64,000 nt of DNA from Octopus bimaculoides. Taxonomy: Eukaryota. Under the pieces are notes generated by a model. The model saw only the letters and a list, made by a program, of their open reading frames with translations, had not been told where the DNA came from and made no database searches. The translations under genes and the position numbers were made by a program. Where the stretch lies: NCBI RefSeq assembly GCF_001194135.2, contig NC_068985.1, positions 2,719,070-2,783,069 of the forward strand, given 5' to 3'. This document shows positions 1 to 12,648 of the stretch, in pieces (the stretch's first letter is position 1; the number at the start of each line of letters is the position of its first letter).

Positions 1-2
1 CA

Positions 3-54
3 ACACACTCAGTCTCCTATATGCTTATGCATGCATATAGGAGACTGAGTGTGT
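3..54. repeat. Perfect 22-bp inverted repeat, 8-nt spacer
   Basis: acacactcagtctcctatatgc (3-24) and gcatataggagactgagtgtgt (33-54) are exact reverse complements. Confidence 0.95.
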
Positions 55-57
55 ATA

Positions 58-310
58 TAGGGAAGGTGCATGACCTAGTGGTTAGGGTGTGGCACTCTGG
101 ATTGCTAGATTGTGGGTTTGATTCCTGGACTGAGCATCACATTGTGTTCTTAAGCAAGACATTTTATTTCACGTTGCTGCAGTTCAGTCAACTATAAATG
201 GGAAAAGGTATGATGGAACAGCCTTCTGGTCATGGGGAATGTTAGCCTGCTCACCAAGCTAGCAGGATGGCAGCATTCAAAAGCTAAAACAATGCAAAGT
301 ATCATGTATA
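58..310 (+). mobile_element. tRNA-headed SINE (family D-type head)
   Basis: A-box-like tgacctagtggttagg, B-box-like ggtttgattcc, then a CORE-like tgtgttcttaagcaagaca segment. The head resembles 4355-4660; the tail resembles 51370-51400. Confidence 0.7.
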
Positions 311-475
311 ACAACATGATACACATACATGCACACATATCCATACATACACATACATATGTATATGTACAAATGTATATGCCTATAGTTTGTGAGGTAT
401 GTTAACAGAAAACTGAACAAGGAGACGAACTCTTGGGATGTTGTTAAACCATTTATATCTTGAATTCTTCTACGT

Positions 476-740
476 ATAAAGTGATAGTATGTTGTCAACT
501 TAATGTAACAGTCCCATGAAAAGGAAGAATGCTACTGTTATTTAACCCTAGGAAACACCGTTTCCTGTTGGACTTGACACATTTCCTGTGTCCTTATGTT
601 TGTCTCCACTTTGAAAACATAAGGACACAGGAAATGTGTCAAGGCCAACAGGAAAAGGTGTTTCCTAGGGCTAAATAACAGTAGCATTCTTCCCTTTCAT
701 AGGACTGCCACATTAAGTTGACAACATGCTATTACTTTAT
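476..740. repeat. 265-bp fold-back (126-bp arms, 13-nt loop) inside a dispersed repeat
   Basis: 476-601 aligns to the reverse complement of 615-740 without gaps, with 9 mismatches. The inner 29 bp are perfect. A single related arm lies at about 2745-2835. Confidence 0.95.
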
Positions 741-1094
741 CATGCTGCTACTGCATAAATCTCTCTGAGAGATCTAGAAATGTATTATTTCTATCTTCTA
801 CATGTTTTGATGGATGCACTCCAAAATGTCCGACAGGATAAATTATGGTCAGCAATGTATCAATCTCATCAGGAAGGATATAAATAACAAACTCATCAAA
901 CAGACATGTGAACAGAAACAGAAAGCCCTATAGAACGTAACGTATTTATATTCATATGCACACTCATACATACTCAAATATGTGATGTGTAAATGTAAAC
1001 ATTATATACATACAAAAACACAAACATATACAAACACATATACATAGACACAGATTAATATATGGAAATTGTAGTTGTGACCCCCAAGCCAGTA

Positions 1095-1387
1095 GTATGT
1101 AAAAAGCACCAGTGGCCGATGCCAGTGCCGCTTTGACTGGCTTCCATGCCAGTGGCATGTAAAAAACACCATCCGATTATGATCGATGCCACCTCCAGTG
1201 GCATGTAAAAAGCACCCACTACACTCTCGGAGTGGTTGGCATTAGGAAGGGCATCCAGCTGTAGAAACTCTGCCGGATCAGAATGGGGCCTGGTGCAGCC
1301 TCCTGGCTTCCCAGACTGCAGTCGAACTGTCCAACCCATGCCAGCATGGAAAGTGGACGTTAAATGATGATGATGATGATGATGATA
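1095..1387 (+). mobile_element. SINE-like repeat family C with (GAT)n tail
   Basis: Contains aaaagcacccactacactctcggagtggttggcattaggaagggcatccagctgtagaaac...ccaacccatgccagcatggaaagtggacgttaaa followed by (tga)n. More than 10 copies in the window. Confidence 0.85.
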
Positions 1388-1477
1388 TATAAAATTGAAT
1401 TCACATTCGATTTCAAATCAGTTATGAGTGCACCAGCAATGTCTCTTAGATATGTCTATCTTATATTGATTATCTTT

Positions 1478-1790
1478 TACTTGGTTCACTCTTTAGACTA
1501 CAGCCATGCTGGGGCACCACTTTGAAGAATTTTAGCCAAATGAATAGATCTCAGTACCTATTTTTTAAAGCCTGATACTTATTCTATCCATTTCTTTTTG
1601 GTGAACAACTAAGTTACAGATGCATAAACACACCAACATCCGTTGTCAATCAGTGACATGCACAAGGCTTTGGTCAACCTGAGGCTGTAGTAGAAGAACT
1701 CGCCCAAGACAATCATTGGGACTGAACCCGGAACCATGTGGTCAGGAAGCAAACTTCTTACCACACAGCGACGCCTGCATCTATAAGTAT
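1478..1790 (-). mobile_element. tRNA/CORE-type SINE family A
   Basis: Reverse complement of the family A consensus (gggactgaacccggaaccatgtggt, aaacttcttaccacacagc). Confidence 0.8.
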
Positions 1791-1867
1791 TTACATTTTC
1801 AAAACAACTTTTACATGGTCTTTGTACATCTGCACAAAAATGCTTTTAGAAAATATATGCACACACA

Positions 1868-1870
<3 letters not shown>

Positions 1871-1912
<42 letters not shown>

Positions 1913-1955
1913 AAGAGAGAAAGTGGGAGAAAGAGAAAGAGAGAGAGAGAGAGAG
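1871..1955. repeat. (GA)n microsatellite
   Basis: Direct reading; source of the RERE and SLSL ORFs. Confidence 0.95.
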
Positions 1956-3319
1956 GGAACATAGAAATAATTGTGCAAGCATATCAAGCAATACTGATAA
2001 TCAATAATGTAGCATATTAAAGTGCAATAAATTATAATAAATTCTTTACTAATATGTTTAATGGCATTTTTTTTATTGAAGCTGTTCTAATGAAAAAGAA
2101 AACAAAATTACATCAAGCCATTATATTTTGTAAATCAATAAAACACAGAAATTAATATTGTTATATTCATTAATAGCATTATCAATATTATTATTGTTAA
2201 GAGCGGGCAATGAATTGGCAGAAACGATGGAGTACCAGGTTAAATGCTTACAGTATTATTTAATCTTGTTTCTATGTTCTGAATCCATATTCCATCAGGG
2301 TCGACTGATTTAATCCTCTTGAGGTCACTAATGTACACAAGTCAATTCAATTGACTATATTCAAACTCATACATAACGAAAATGGCTTTGTGCTTTAGTC
2401 AAACGAAATGAATATTTTGTTGAAAGGTGAGTTGATAGACATGATACTAAATGCTTTAAAGTATTCAGATGTGTTCAAATCCTACGAGGGTTGACTGCTT
2501 TTATTCTATCAGTATGATTGCTATAAATAGGTACCAGTAATACACTTTTAACAACCAAATTGATCACCTTTTCTAAACTACTTCTGTGTCTAAGAAACGT
2601 GTCTGTTATTGTTGGTGGTAAAGCGTAACTTTATTTGGAAAATTACTATTTCTAAATCTCACGATGAGAGATATTCAGCAACAGTACTTTGGAGTAAAGA
2701 TTGTTTGCCAACATATTGTTTTGAGCTGAGTGGGGGTGCTAGATTCCATGTTCGAAAATATAAGGACACAGATCGTATCATATAGCAAGTTGGAGATGAT
2801 GTCTCTTGGGGCTAAATTACAGCAACATTCATCCTAAACCTGTAACTTTATTGTTGTTGTTCTTGTTGTAGTGAAAGACGAACTGTTGCATTTGCATTTA
2901 ATTTATTTATTTTAATTCCCTAAATTTTATTTTGCATTTTAACAAGAAACAATTGCGAATTGAAAGACCATGTTTTTAGTTTTTATTTCAATAACCCTGA
3001 AATTTACAATCCTAATCCTTTCGCAATTGTTTTTCCGTCAGTTACAGTGACACAGGTGGCTTAGTTTCAAATCTCATTCAAAGCCAATTCATTTCCCGAC
3101 CTGCTGCTGTTGTTGTTTAGCCTTAGTTAGCTCTGACTGAACTGCACTTTGATCAAATGTACTCGAGCTGTGACCATCCTGTCCTTTTAGAAGCAGGACT
3201 ACACTACCTTCCTTTACTTAAGGCTTGATGGCAAAGAATTTCATAGTTACCTTCAGTAGGTCAAGCACCCACATAAAAATCTTCATTGGATCCTCATAAA
3301 TTGGTTTAAAAGGTGATTA

Positions 3320-3510
3320 TCATTGGTGCTGGTGCCACATAAAAAGCATCCAGTACACTCTTGGCAATAGGAAGGACATCCAACTGTAGGAAGCTTGCCA
3401 AAATGGACAATGGAACCTGGCATGGCCATTGTCCTTACCATCTCCTGTCAAACTGTCCAACCTATGCCAGCATGGAAAATGGATGTTGAATGATGATGAT
3501 GATGATGATA
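3320..3510 (+). mobile_element. Family C repeat with (GAT)n tail
   Basis: Same motifs as 1095-1387. Confidence 0.75.
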
Positions 3511-4354
3511 TCACTAGAGTGTGGGTCTTTGCATTTCTTGGTTTAACATTTTACATTCAGAACAATAACATTTGTTAAGTTCCTACTTGATCTTTGGTTA
3601 AAAGCAGTTAGATTTAGGTTTGACAGAATGTAAGGAAATCTTTTTTTTTTTTCTGCCATAATATGAAAATATTACAAGCCAGGATATCAACCTTCACCAG
3701 TTAGTTAGGAATATTGATTTGCAATACCTTCATATTCTGATAGAAAAAAAAAAAATGATTTCATCTTATGGGACTTAATTACCATGAATGGAAGATGTAG
3801 TAAGAAAATAACAGATGCTATTAACCAGGAAAGTGAGACAGACAAATACAAAGACACTGTTTTTAGAAGCACACTAACAATAATAATGATGAAGATTATT
3901 AACATTTGGCCACAAATGTGTAATTAATTTCAGAACGTGACTGATATATATTTTATAAGATTGAGGAATATAAAATTAATGTTGATCCTGGTGGGATTTG
4001 AACTCAGAACATAGACAGATAAAACTACATTATATGAAGAGATTCTGTCTGATGTTCAGTCAGTTATGTCACCCACTTACCGAATGGCACACAAACTCAT
4101 TTCGGTGAGCTGGAAGAATCTTTAGCAAATCTTACAAAATGCTTAACAACATTTCTTCTGTCAAGCAATGGGGTCAACATAATTGACTAAACCTCACCCC
4201 ACTAAAAGGGCTAACCTGGTGCCAAAATTTGAAACAATCACTATGATGATGATGATGATGATGACAATGACGACGACGATGACGGTGATCATCGTCGTCA
4301 TACAAGTCCTCCTTATCTTGCACCTTTTCCTTCTCTCCAAGAATGGTATGTGAA

Positions 4355-4660
4355 GGCACATAGCTTAGTGGTTAGCAATATTTGGCACATGGTCATAAGG
4401 TAGTGAGTTTGATACCCAGTTGCATGTTGTACTCTTGAGCAAGACCCTCTATTTCACGTGGCCTCAGTCTACTCAGCTGGCAAAAATGAGTTGTACTTGT
4501 ATTTCAAAGGGCCAGGCTGGTCACCTTTTGTGTTACACTGAATTTCCCCGAGAACTACATGAACAGTATGCATCACTGTGGTGCACTCAACCACTTGCAC
4601 ATTAATTTCAAGAGCAGGCTGTTCCATTGAGTGGATCAACTGTAACACTCAACTTAACTG
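4355..4660 (+). mobile_element. tRNA-headed SINE family D
   Basis: tagcttagtggttagc A-box-like motif and ttgagcaagaccctctatttcacg core. An inverted copy lies at about 18060-18405. Confidence 0.7.
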
Positions 4661-5979
4661 AGAGAGTGCCAGTTACCAAGAATGGCTCAATGGCCACTAC
4701 AATAATAAAACATATTTTCCCCCGATCAATGTGACCTGTCCCCAAAGAAAAAGTAAAGCATATATTTTGGTTATACCTGATTCCTTAAAAGAATCTATCT
4801 TGTGCCTTGTTACCAAAGACAACATGGAACAGCAATAAAATGGACAGATTGTGGAAACCCAATGTGCCAGAGCCAAGGTAATGAAAACAACAGCTGTAGT
4901 TGCAATGTGCAGTTTATGTGGTGAAAGAGAGAGTCTGTAGTGCATGTCAACATGCACAAATGAGTCTTTCAGTGAATCTTCCAGTTAATTTAAGATTAAA
5001 GCAGTCAGAAAACATAATGTATTCGATTAAATGAAATTAATTCAGAAGATCATTTTTTAAAGTTTACATCCTGTTTCAAAACAGACACTTTAATCAACAA
5101 ATCTAATGAACTAAAATTAAAACTCAGAGACATTAACACTTGCAAATATTATTGGAGCTAACAACAAAATAGTTTCTCACTGGATAGACTCCTGACTGGT
5201 CTGATGCCCACTATTCCATCTGCAAGCTTTGCTTTCACTCATTTAACTGCTGTTGTCCAAGCACAACACTACTAACACAGTGTCACCAAGCTTCCTTCAA
5301 TTGAAACATTTCATGGAATGTGATCCGAAGCATAAACATGGCTTATTAACTGGAATACACAACTTAATAATATCCTTAATTGCTGTTTGATTGGATGAAA
5401 AACAAGGATGAGAGAGTGAGAAGGGTTGAAAAGGAAATGGGGGGGGGGTGTAGGGAGTGGCTAGGGTTAGGGTTGTTAGTCACAAAGTAAAGCCAGCAGA
5501 GCAGGTGGTACTGAGGAAATGGGAAGGCAAATTATGTTGATGGTTCTGCTTGATGACTTCTTGTAGCAGGCTTTCACACCGGATAGACAGCAAGCATTTA
5601 GCACTTTCCGATTGTTTACAGGCAAATAATGTTGTGATGGTAGTGGTAATGATGGAAACTGATGGCTGAATATCATAGTGGTAGTTGTGGCTGTTGTTAT
5701 TGGTGGTGGTGGTAGTGAAGACAGCTATAATGATGGACATGATAGATGTTGTAATGGTGAATGAGAGATGAGCGATATGCTGGATGATTGTGAAAATAGT
5801 AGAAGAGGGAAAGGCTTTAATAACAGACAGTTTATGTTGATATTAACGAAGGAAGCTGATATTGTCAGTAATAATAGATTAAAGAAGGATTAGCTGGGGT
5901 AACTAGTGTAATTAGTACTGATATGGTGTAAGTAGTGGTGGCGGTGGTGGTGGTAAAAGTCCATCCATCTCTACCACCA

Positions 5980-7810
5980 ATCCATACACTACATTCCAAC
6001 TCCGTTCTGGAATCTGATCTCTCTACTCAGTGTAGTAAAAAAGATTTCCATTCAATGCAGCACAACAGCTCTCTTCCTCGTGTCTCTATCTGAGGTCTCT
6101 ACTCCTCTCTGAACACCTCCAGCCATCAGCAAACCATTTGACTGTGTATAGCAATTCACCTGAAGCCATCATTCCTAATACACAACTCTCCCTGGGGCTC
6201 TCACACTTGTGTGTAGGTTATGGGTATGGATGGTGATGACAATGGCCAGAGCAGGCTGGTGCAGAAATGGAATCCTCTACTACTTCAAGCAGCCTGCACT
6301 GGCTCCTGGCCTCACCATTCACATCCATGACCAACGCACCAATTCTTTAATACGCAACTGGCAGAAGTACTTCACCTTTGACTCTTTCAACATACTGCCA
6401 TTGTAGCCCCATAACTCCAAAAGATCTCTACAAACTTTCCAGAATATTCCTCTCTGTAAGAATTCATCTAGCTTCTATGACCCTTGAGCACTGCCCTCCA
6501 GTGCCAACTCCTATCCAAAGAAAACTTTCCAGGTATCAGTTCTCATCTTTACGCTCTGATGTCACTTCCTGTGACTCATTTTGAAGAATGCCCATTTCCC
6601 TAAACTTTTCTCACTTTTAACACCTGAAAAGTGATGAGTAAAGTTGCTAACAACCACTTCCTTTGTCTCTAACTTCTTTATAAACAAACACAAGTATACA
6701 TTCTTTGGCATCAAATCTACTGTAAATTTACCTGTTAAGGTCACATACCAATGTTTCACACTCTGCAGAACTTCAGTGAAAGCAACCTTATGGCATTTGA
6801 TACAAGCAGATTCTTTGAATCTCACTGTGTCTGGGATGAGAACATTTCTGCTAAGTTAAGGTGGTGAGATGGCAAAATCATTAGGATGCTGGTCGAAATG
6901 CTTAGCAGCATTTCATCCATTATTATGTTCTGAGTTCAAATTCTGCTGAGGTTGACCTTGCCTTTCATCCTTTCGAGATTGATAAAATAAGTTCCAGTGG
7001 GGTCGATATAATCGACTTGCTTCCTCCACAGAAATTGCTGGCCAAAAGCCAAAATTTGAAACCAATGTTAACCAATGTTTGTGTTAAGTTGCCTGTTGAT
7101 GACTTTCATGTTTGGGATCAAGTGTCTCTTGTTAGTTTGCTCGTTCATAATATGTGCTGACGAGGACCTCTTTGAACCACATTCTATCAACTCTACTTTA
7201 GATTAGGCTTCAGCTATGTGATCCACACACTTCCTTCTTTAACTGAATTATTCACTTTCGGTTAACTCTGAACTGTACACACTACTACTACTACTACTAC
7301 TACTACACAGCTAACACCACCCTTTACACCTCTTAAGCATTCCATATATATATGTTTTATCAACATACAACCTAGACACTACCCAAGAACCAAGGAGGAT
7401 ACTTCAATTAGTTTTATACAAGAATGGTCAAATGAGGAGATATTTATTTTTCCTTAGACACGACACCCACCAGACATCATGCACAGAAATCCCATTAAAT
7501 GGACTCGCATGAAATCATTCAGCATCACACTTGAACTTATCATCCGCATAAGTTCTGTGTCCTCTTTATATTTTCTCCCCACCAACAACAGTAGTCTCTG
7601 CTCCTTAGAACGAGCTGGCCTTGTACCACCTCTTCTCAGGAACTCCTAATTCATTCAGCTCTCCTCTTCTCTCACACTGTGTCGACTCTTCCGGGCCTCA
7701 CAACACCAATCACCAGTCCTACTTCAAAAACATCCCTCTACATACTTTTCCTGCAGCCATCAACTTGCAACTCTTCAAGAGGAAAGTCATCCCATCTACC
7801 TAACTTTCAA
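5980..7810 (+). mobile_element. Highly degraded CR1/Jockey-group LINE ORF2 relic, interrupted by a SINE at 6860-7070
   Basis: Broken-frame peptides occur in the expected order: STLEHCPPVP..RSDV (cf. STLDDSG.VPP..RNDV), MAFDTSRFF..CVWDENISAKL (cf. ALDISKAFDRVWH..LLSKL), and C-terminal HTFPAAINLQLFKRKV (cf. VFPPSYDLNSFKREV). Many stops and frameshifts. Confidence 0.55.
6860..7070 (+). mobile_element. SINE family B (tRNA-like head plus Deu/Nin-like domain)
   Basis: ggtggtgagatggcaaaatcattag...gttctgagttcaaattctgctgaggttgaccttgcctttcatcctttcgagattgataaaataagt; more than 10 copies in the window. Confidence 0.85.
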
Positions 7811-8278
7811 AGACAAACTTCACCCCCCACCCTCCCCCAAAGCACCTTCTTTTAAACCAAACCAATACATAGAAAAGTGATATAAAACAAGTAATGCTAA
7901 TATATTGAAATGTCTTCTAACTGCACCCCTTTTTTTGTTTTCATGCAAAAAAATTGTTTCTTCATCATAGTATAAATATATACCTGTAGTATCTTATATA
8001 TTTTTATATATGTAGATACATGTAGTACCTGTAAGAATATATTTTCCGTATGTAAATGAAGTCACATTTTTTCCCAGCACTCAATACAAGTATAGAATTC
8101 ATGAAGTGGATAACTTAAAAGTAACGACTGTAGCTTTAAAGTTAACCAATGATTAACAATGTGTCTAATGATGAATCACAACAAATAAAAGCAAAATACA
8201 TAAAAAGCATTTAAATATTTCTAGAAACAAAAAAAATATCAAAAGAGATAGGTGTATGTATACACACTTACACACACA

Positions 8279-8324
<46 letters not shown>

Positions 8325-8952
8325 TGTATCTATGTGTGTGCACACGTCTGATATCAAATTCTATATCTAGAGTGCTGTTAGTCTCTGACACAACAACTTC
8401 CTTTCTGCCTAATATCCACATAACTATAAAATTATCAGTTTCAGATAATCCATTTAGATTAATCCTCATATCAAATACTATATCTAAATTGATATCAACA
8501 TCACATAGTATATCTTAACTGCTTTTGATATCAAAGATATGTTAATTAGCAGCCATGGATGATGGCATACTGTCGTTATCTCAACACACAAGGTTGAAAT
8601 GAAAGCCAGCTTTCCAGTATTATTAAGTTTAGAACATCAAACATATTCAGAGTAAACTAGTTTTCCCTATTTTCTCTATGTGTATATGTATGTTTATATA
8701 TGTGTATGTATGATATATGTTGATATAGAATATTTCTGAAAACTTCAGCACTTTAGGTAGCAACTTTATAATAGTTTGAGGTGCTGGGTGAATAAGATAA
8801 AGAAAATACTATATCGTCATATATATGTATATGCATCATATTAGATGTGTGTGTGTGTGTGTATATATATGTGTGTATATATATATATATATATNNNNNN
8901 NNNNNNNNNNNNNNNNNNNNNNNNNNNNNNNNNNNNNNNNNNNNNNNATATA

Positions 8953-9155
8953 TGAGAGCAACTGTCTTTGAAGACTCATATTGTCGTTGAATGTTCAAAA
9001 TGAGGAGCAGATAGACAGCTGACAACTGATGAAGGGTCATTTCTCTGTGTTTACTTGTCCAGCTTTCTATTTTTTTTCTCTCGTTGTTTATGTATTTAAC
9101 TCGTTTGTCTACATAGTTCATGTTGTTTACACAGTTGGTGATACCCCGTACTCAT
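8953..9155. repeat. Dispersed repeat (copy 1 of 2), possibly a Penelope-type terminus
   Basis: gagcaactgt...gacaactgatgaagggtc is shared with 24603-24825; both copies abut (TA)n runs. Confidence 0.55.
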
Positions 9156-11129
9156 AAATATAGATATATACACATATATACACACACATACATGGTTGCT
9201 TGCAAGGAAATGTAGTTCACTTCACAACTGCATGTTTTCAGGTTCATTCCTGCAGCATGTCACTGGGGACAAGAACCTTTGGGCTGACCAATGCCATGTG
9301 AGTGAAACTGGAGGACAGAAACTGTTCAGCAGACTCTGCTGTTTGTGTGCGTGTGCAGTTTTCGTGTGTACAGCTGCTTGTGTTTTGGCCCTCTTTCTCT
9401 GCTGTATAAAAACAATGTGGGTAGCAAAAACAAGTTGGATTATAGAGAGGCTCATTGTTGAAAAGATCAGAAGTTGGAAACAAGTAAAGTATGGCATCAG
9501 AAAAGGCCTCCACCCGTAGCAGAACTGCCTCACTATGCCTCAGCCATATCATGTAAGTTTGGAAAAAGCAAATATTGAAAGTGATGACAATGTACATACA
9601 CACACTCATATGTACATATATGCATACACAATACATATATTTAAAACAAAAATGTGTAAAATTACACAGGGTGAAAACATAATTTGATACAGAATTTGCA
9701 ACAGAGTAATAAGATGTGTTACATCAAAATGTGATAGTCGTAGTTTTGTCTAGTGAAACTCAAGTGAAGTTTGATCCCACTGTGTCACACTTTGGACAAA
9801 TACATTTTACTGTAGTCACGGGCAGATAAATCTGGCAAGTTTCATCACCGCAGCCATCTAATGTTCACCTTCCATGCTGGCATGGGTTCGACAGTTCGAC
9901 AGGAGCCAGCCAGGCATAAGCCTGCACCAGACTTCTGTAGCTGTTTTGGCTGGGATTTTATGGCTGGATGCCCTTCCTAACACCAACCACTCAGCAGAGC
10001 TTCTAGGCAGAAATTACATGTAGCCCATTGTTTATATATGTGTGTACATATGCACATACATATGGATGCATACACAAAATTCTTATACAGTACTTCAGAT
10101 ACAAAAATTTGCTAGATCTTGTTGCAGTTTGAACTCTCATTTACTATAAATCGCAAGCCTTCAATTCCTTAAGCAAAAACCAAAATGGTTACCCATCGAA
10201 CAAAAAAAAACAAAAATGAAGGAAAGGAACAAGAAAGAATGAGAAGAAAGTTAGAATGGAATGAAGGGGCCACTCACAGGGCTTTGGTCAGCCTGAGGCT
10301 GTAGTAGAAGACACTTGCTCAAGGTACCACGCAGCAGGACTGAACCTGGAACCATATGGTTGAGAAGAAAAAACTTCTTGCCACATAGTCATGCCTGCAC
10401 CTACAGTTTAATGACACACTGCACATGTTAAATGGTTATCTATGTAATATGGTCTATGGAGGCCTGTCTAAAAGGGGTTTTGATGTGCCAAATCTGCCTA
10501 ACAATCTCTAGTTTATGGAAAAATATGTTTTGGAAATATTCCAACAACACAAGGTTAACACTTACCTTGGCCTGCACTTGACCCTAGCACTCCAGATAGA
10601 CATATTAGAAACCTGTTTGGATGCTGACCTTCACAAACCTCACATCTCATCACACATAGCCTCTCCATATGAAACCATATTCCATAAACGATCGTATTAC
10701 ACATACAATATCCCATTAAACTAATATGATACCATCTTCAAGCATATCAGAAACATACGAACCCTTTGAGAGAGGCCACCTCAATTCCCCATCTCATGTA
10801 CATTTTTAGACAATTTTAGTTAACACAAAAACATCTCTTATACAAATTTATTCGGCTTTGATATCAGACACTATACTGCATATAACAGAACATCACATTT
10901 GTCTATCAAATAACTTTCTGCAAGTATTTCCCCATTGAAAATGCAGTCAAAACAAAGAGGCATAATTTTACTTACAAAAAGAAAAAAAATGTCTCTTTCA
11001 TCTCATTCTTGCTTCCCCCCCCCCCCATGTGCAGCCACTTTGTGACCAAGGGAATGAATGGCATGCAAATTTGAACACCAATAGTTCAAATGGCCATAAA
11101 ACTTAAGTAGTTTATTTATTTAACATAAA

Positions 11130-11535
11130 TCATCCTCTAGCGTCTGTTGTCCATGCTGGCATGGGTTGGACGGTTCGACCCGGGCTGGCCAGCTGTACCA
11201 AACTGCAGTCTGGTTTTGCATAGTTTCTACAGCTGGATGTCCTTCCTAATGCCAACCACTCTGAGAGTGTAATGGGTGCTTTTACATGCCACCAGCAGGG
11301 ATGTCATTTGCATGGCACTGGTATCTGCCATGACTGCAACTCTACTTGGCTCGATGGGTTTTATTCTCAAGCACGACATAATGCCAAAGCTCTTGGTCAT
11401 TGTCTCCATGAGGCCCAACACTCGAAAGGAGCTTTTCACATGCCAGCAGCATCGGCCACTTCACCTCCGTGAGGCCCAACGCTCAAAAGGTGTTGATTAC
11501 GTGCCACTGGGTGCCAGTTACATGACACCAGCATA
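11130..11535 (-). mobile_element. Family C repeat, inverted orientation
   Basis: ccatgctggcatgggttggacgg...gtttctacagctggatgtccttcctaatgccaaccactctgagagtgtaatgggtgc. Further inverted copies at about 9855-10000 and 11625-11800. Confidence 0.8.
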
Positions 11536-12534
11536 CTAAATAAAAATCATTTCTAACTCTACTGTTGACAATGAATTTAATCTGCTTGTTGAATGTTCAC
11601 CCTGTCACAGATGTGTGTGTCGTCATCATTTAATGTGTTTTCCATGCTGACATGGGTTGGACAGTTTGGCAGGAGGTGGTAAGGCCAAGGGCCATGCTAG
11701 GTTCCATTGTCTGTTTTGACAGTTGGATGCTTTTCCTAATAGCAACCACTCTACAGAATCAACTGGGTGCTTTTTATAAGGTGCCACCACTGATAGGGTC
11801 ACCAAGTACCTTCAAGATGTGCGCATGCACACACACATATGTCTATGTACAAATGCAGATTTTAATTCCATTTTTAATGCAAAACTCTGTACCACATCAG
11901 ACAATTTCAAAGGTTAAAACTCTCAAACTCTTCTTTAGTTTACAATGACTTCATACTTTCTTTGAATGGAAAATAGAATAAAGGTTGTAAACCATCTTAA
12001 ACTCTTCCTACAATCCACTTTCAACTTGGTGGCCATCCACACCTTTCCTTTACTTGATCCTCTCTCACAAGAAAAAACATTTATTTATAAATTAACCGAG
12101 TTTCGGTCAGCATCTATACATCTATATCTCAGTTCTGTTAAACAGCCTGTTGCCCACTCTCTTAAGCCACACATTCAGTGAATCAACGCATTACATGCTG
12201 TGTGTGCATACACAAACAATCCTATGCAAGGAGTCAATTCAACTACAACCACACTTAAATTCCTTCACTCCAACTTTTAGTAGCCTACCACTACCACCAC
12301 ACAAGTAGCAGGAAAACTTCAAAGATTAAAAAACAAATTGAAAATTGAAAGAGAATGAAAAAAGGGGAAAATAGAAACGCAATTACTTGAAACAAAAAAA
12401 AAAAAAATTACTAAAAGAATCTGATAAGGAAAAAAAAAACTGGAAACAGAAAAGGAGGGAAAAAAGTCAATAAAAAAGAACAAAATGCAATATGTCGCCA
12501 TATAATCTAAAAAGTTGGTAAAATTGCAACTCAC

Positions 12535-12648
12535 CTCGATTGAGGATATTTTGAAATACACTTTCAGGTGTTGAATCATTAAATGGTGGCACACCAGTGA
12601 GAAATTCAAACATACATACACCAAGAGCCCACCAATCAACAGCTTCAT
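12535..12648 (-). CDS. MASTL: Internal coding exon of Greatwall/MASTL serine-threonine kinase (subdomains IX-X)
   Basis: Minus strand reads ttttgttttgttttatgtttacag|ATGAAGCTGTTGATTGGTGG...CTCAATCGAG|gtgag. The exon is 114 nt, phase 1-1, and translates (G+AT) [38 protein letters not shown]. From memory, human MASTL reads [41 protein letters not shown] 12467..12670 overruns the exon into intron at both ends. Confidence 0.93.

Noticed and set aside
5439-5474. G-rich tract with two TTAGGG-like units and four G-runs
   Set aside because: Too short for an interstitial telomere; a G4-compatible pattern alone is not evidence of function.
9020-9045. CTGATGA motif here and at about 24680
   Set aside because: No downstream stem II plus GAAA arrangement, so a hammerhead cannot be folded.
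9196-9636. Overlapping 103-130 aa ORFs with AG (9240-9241) and GTAAGT (9553) signals on +
   Set aside because: Each frame I read between the sites contains a stop and there is no host-protein similarity. SFLQHVTGDKNLW weakly resembles mariner FL.RIVTGDETW, so an old transposase relic is more likely.
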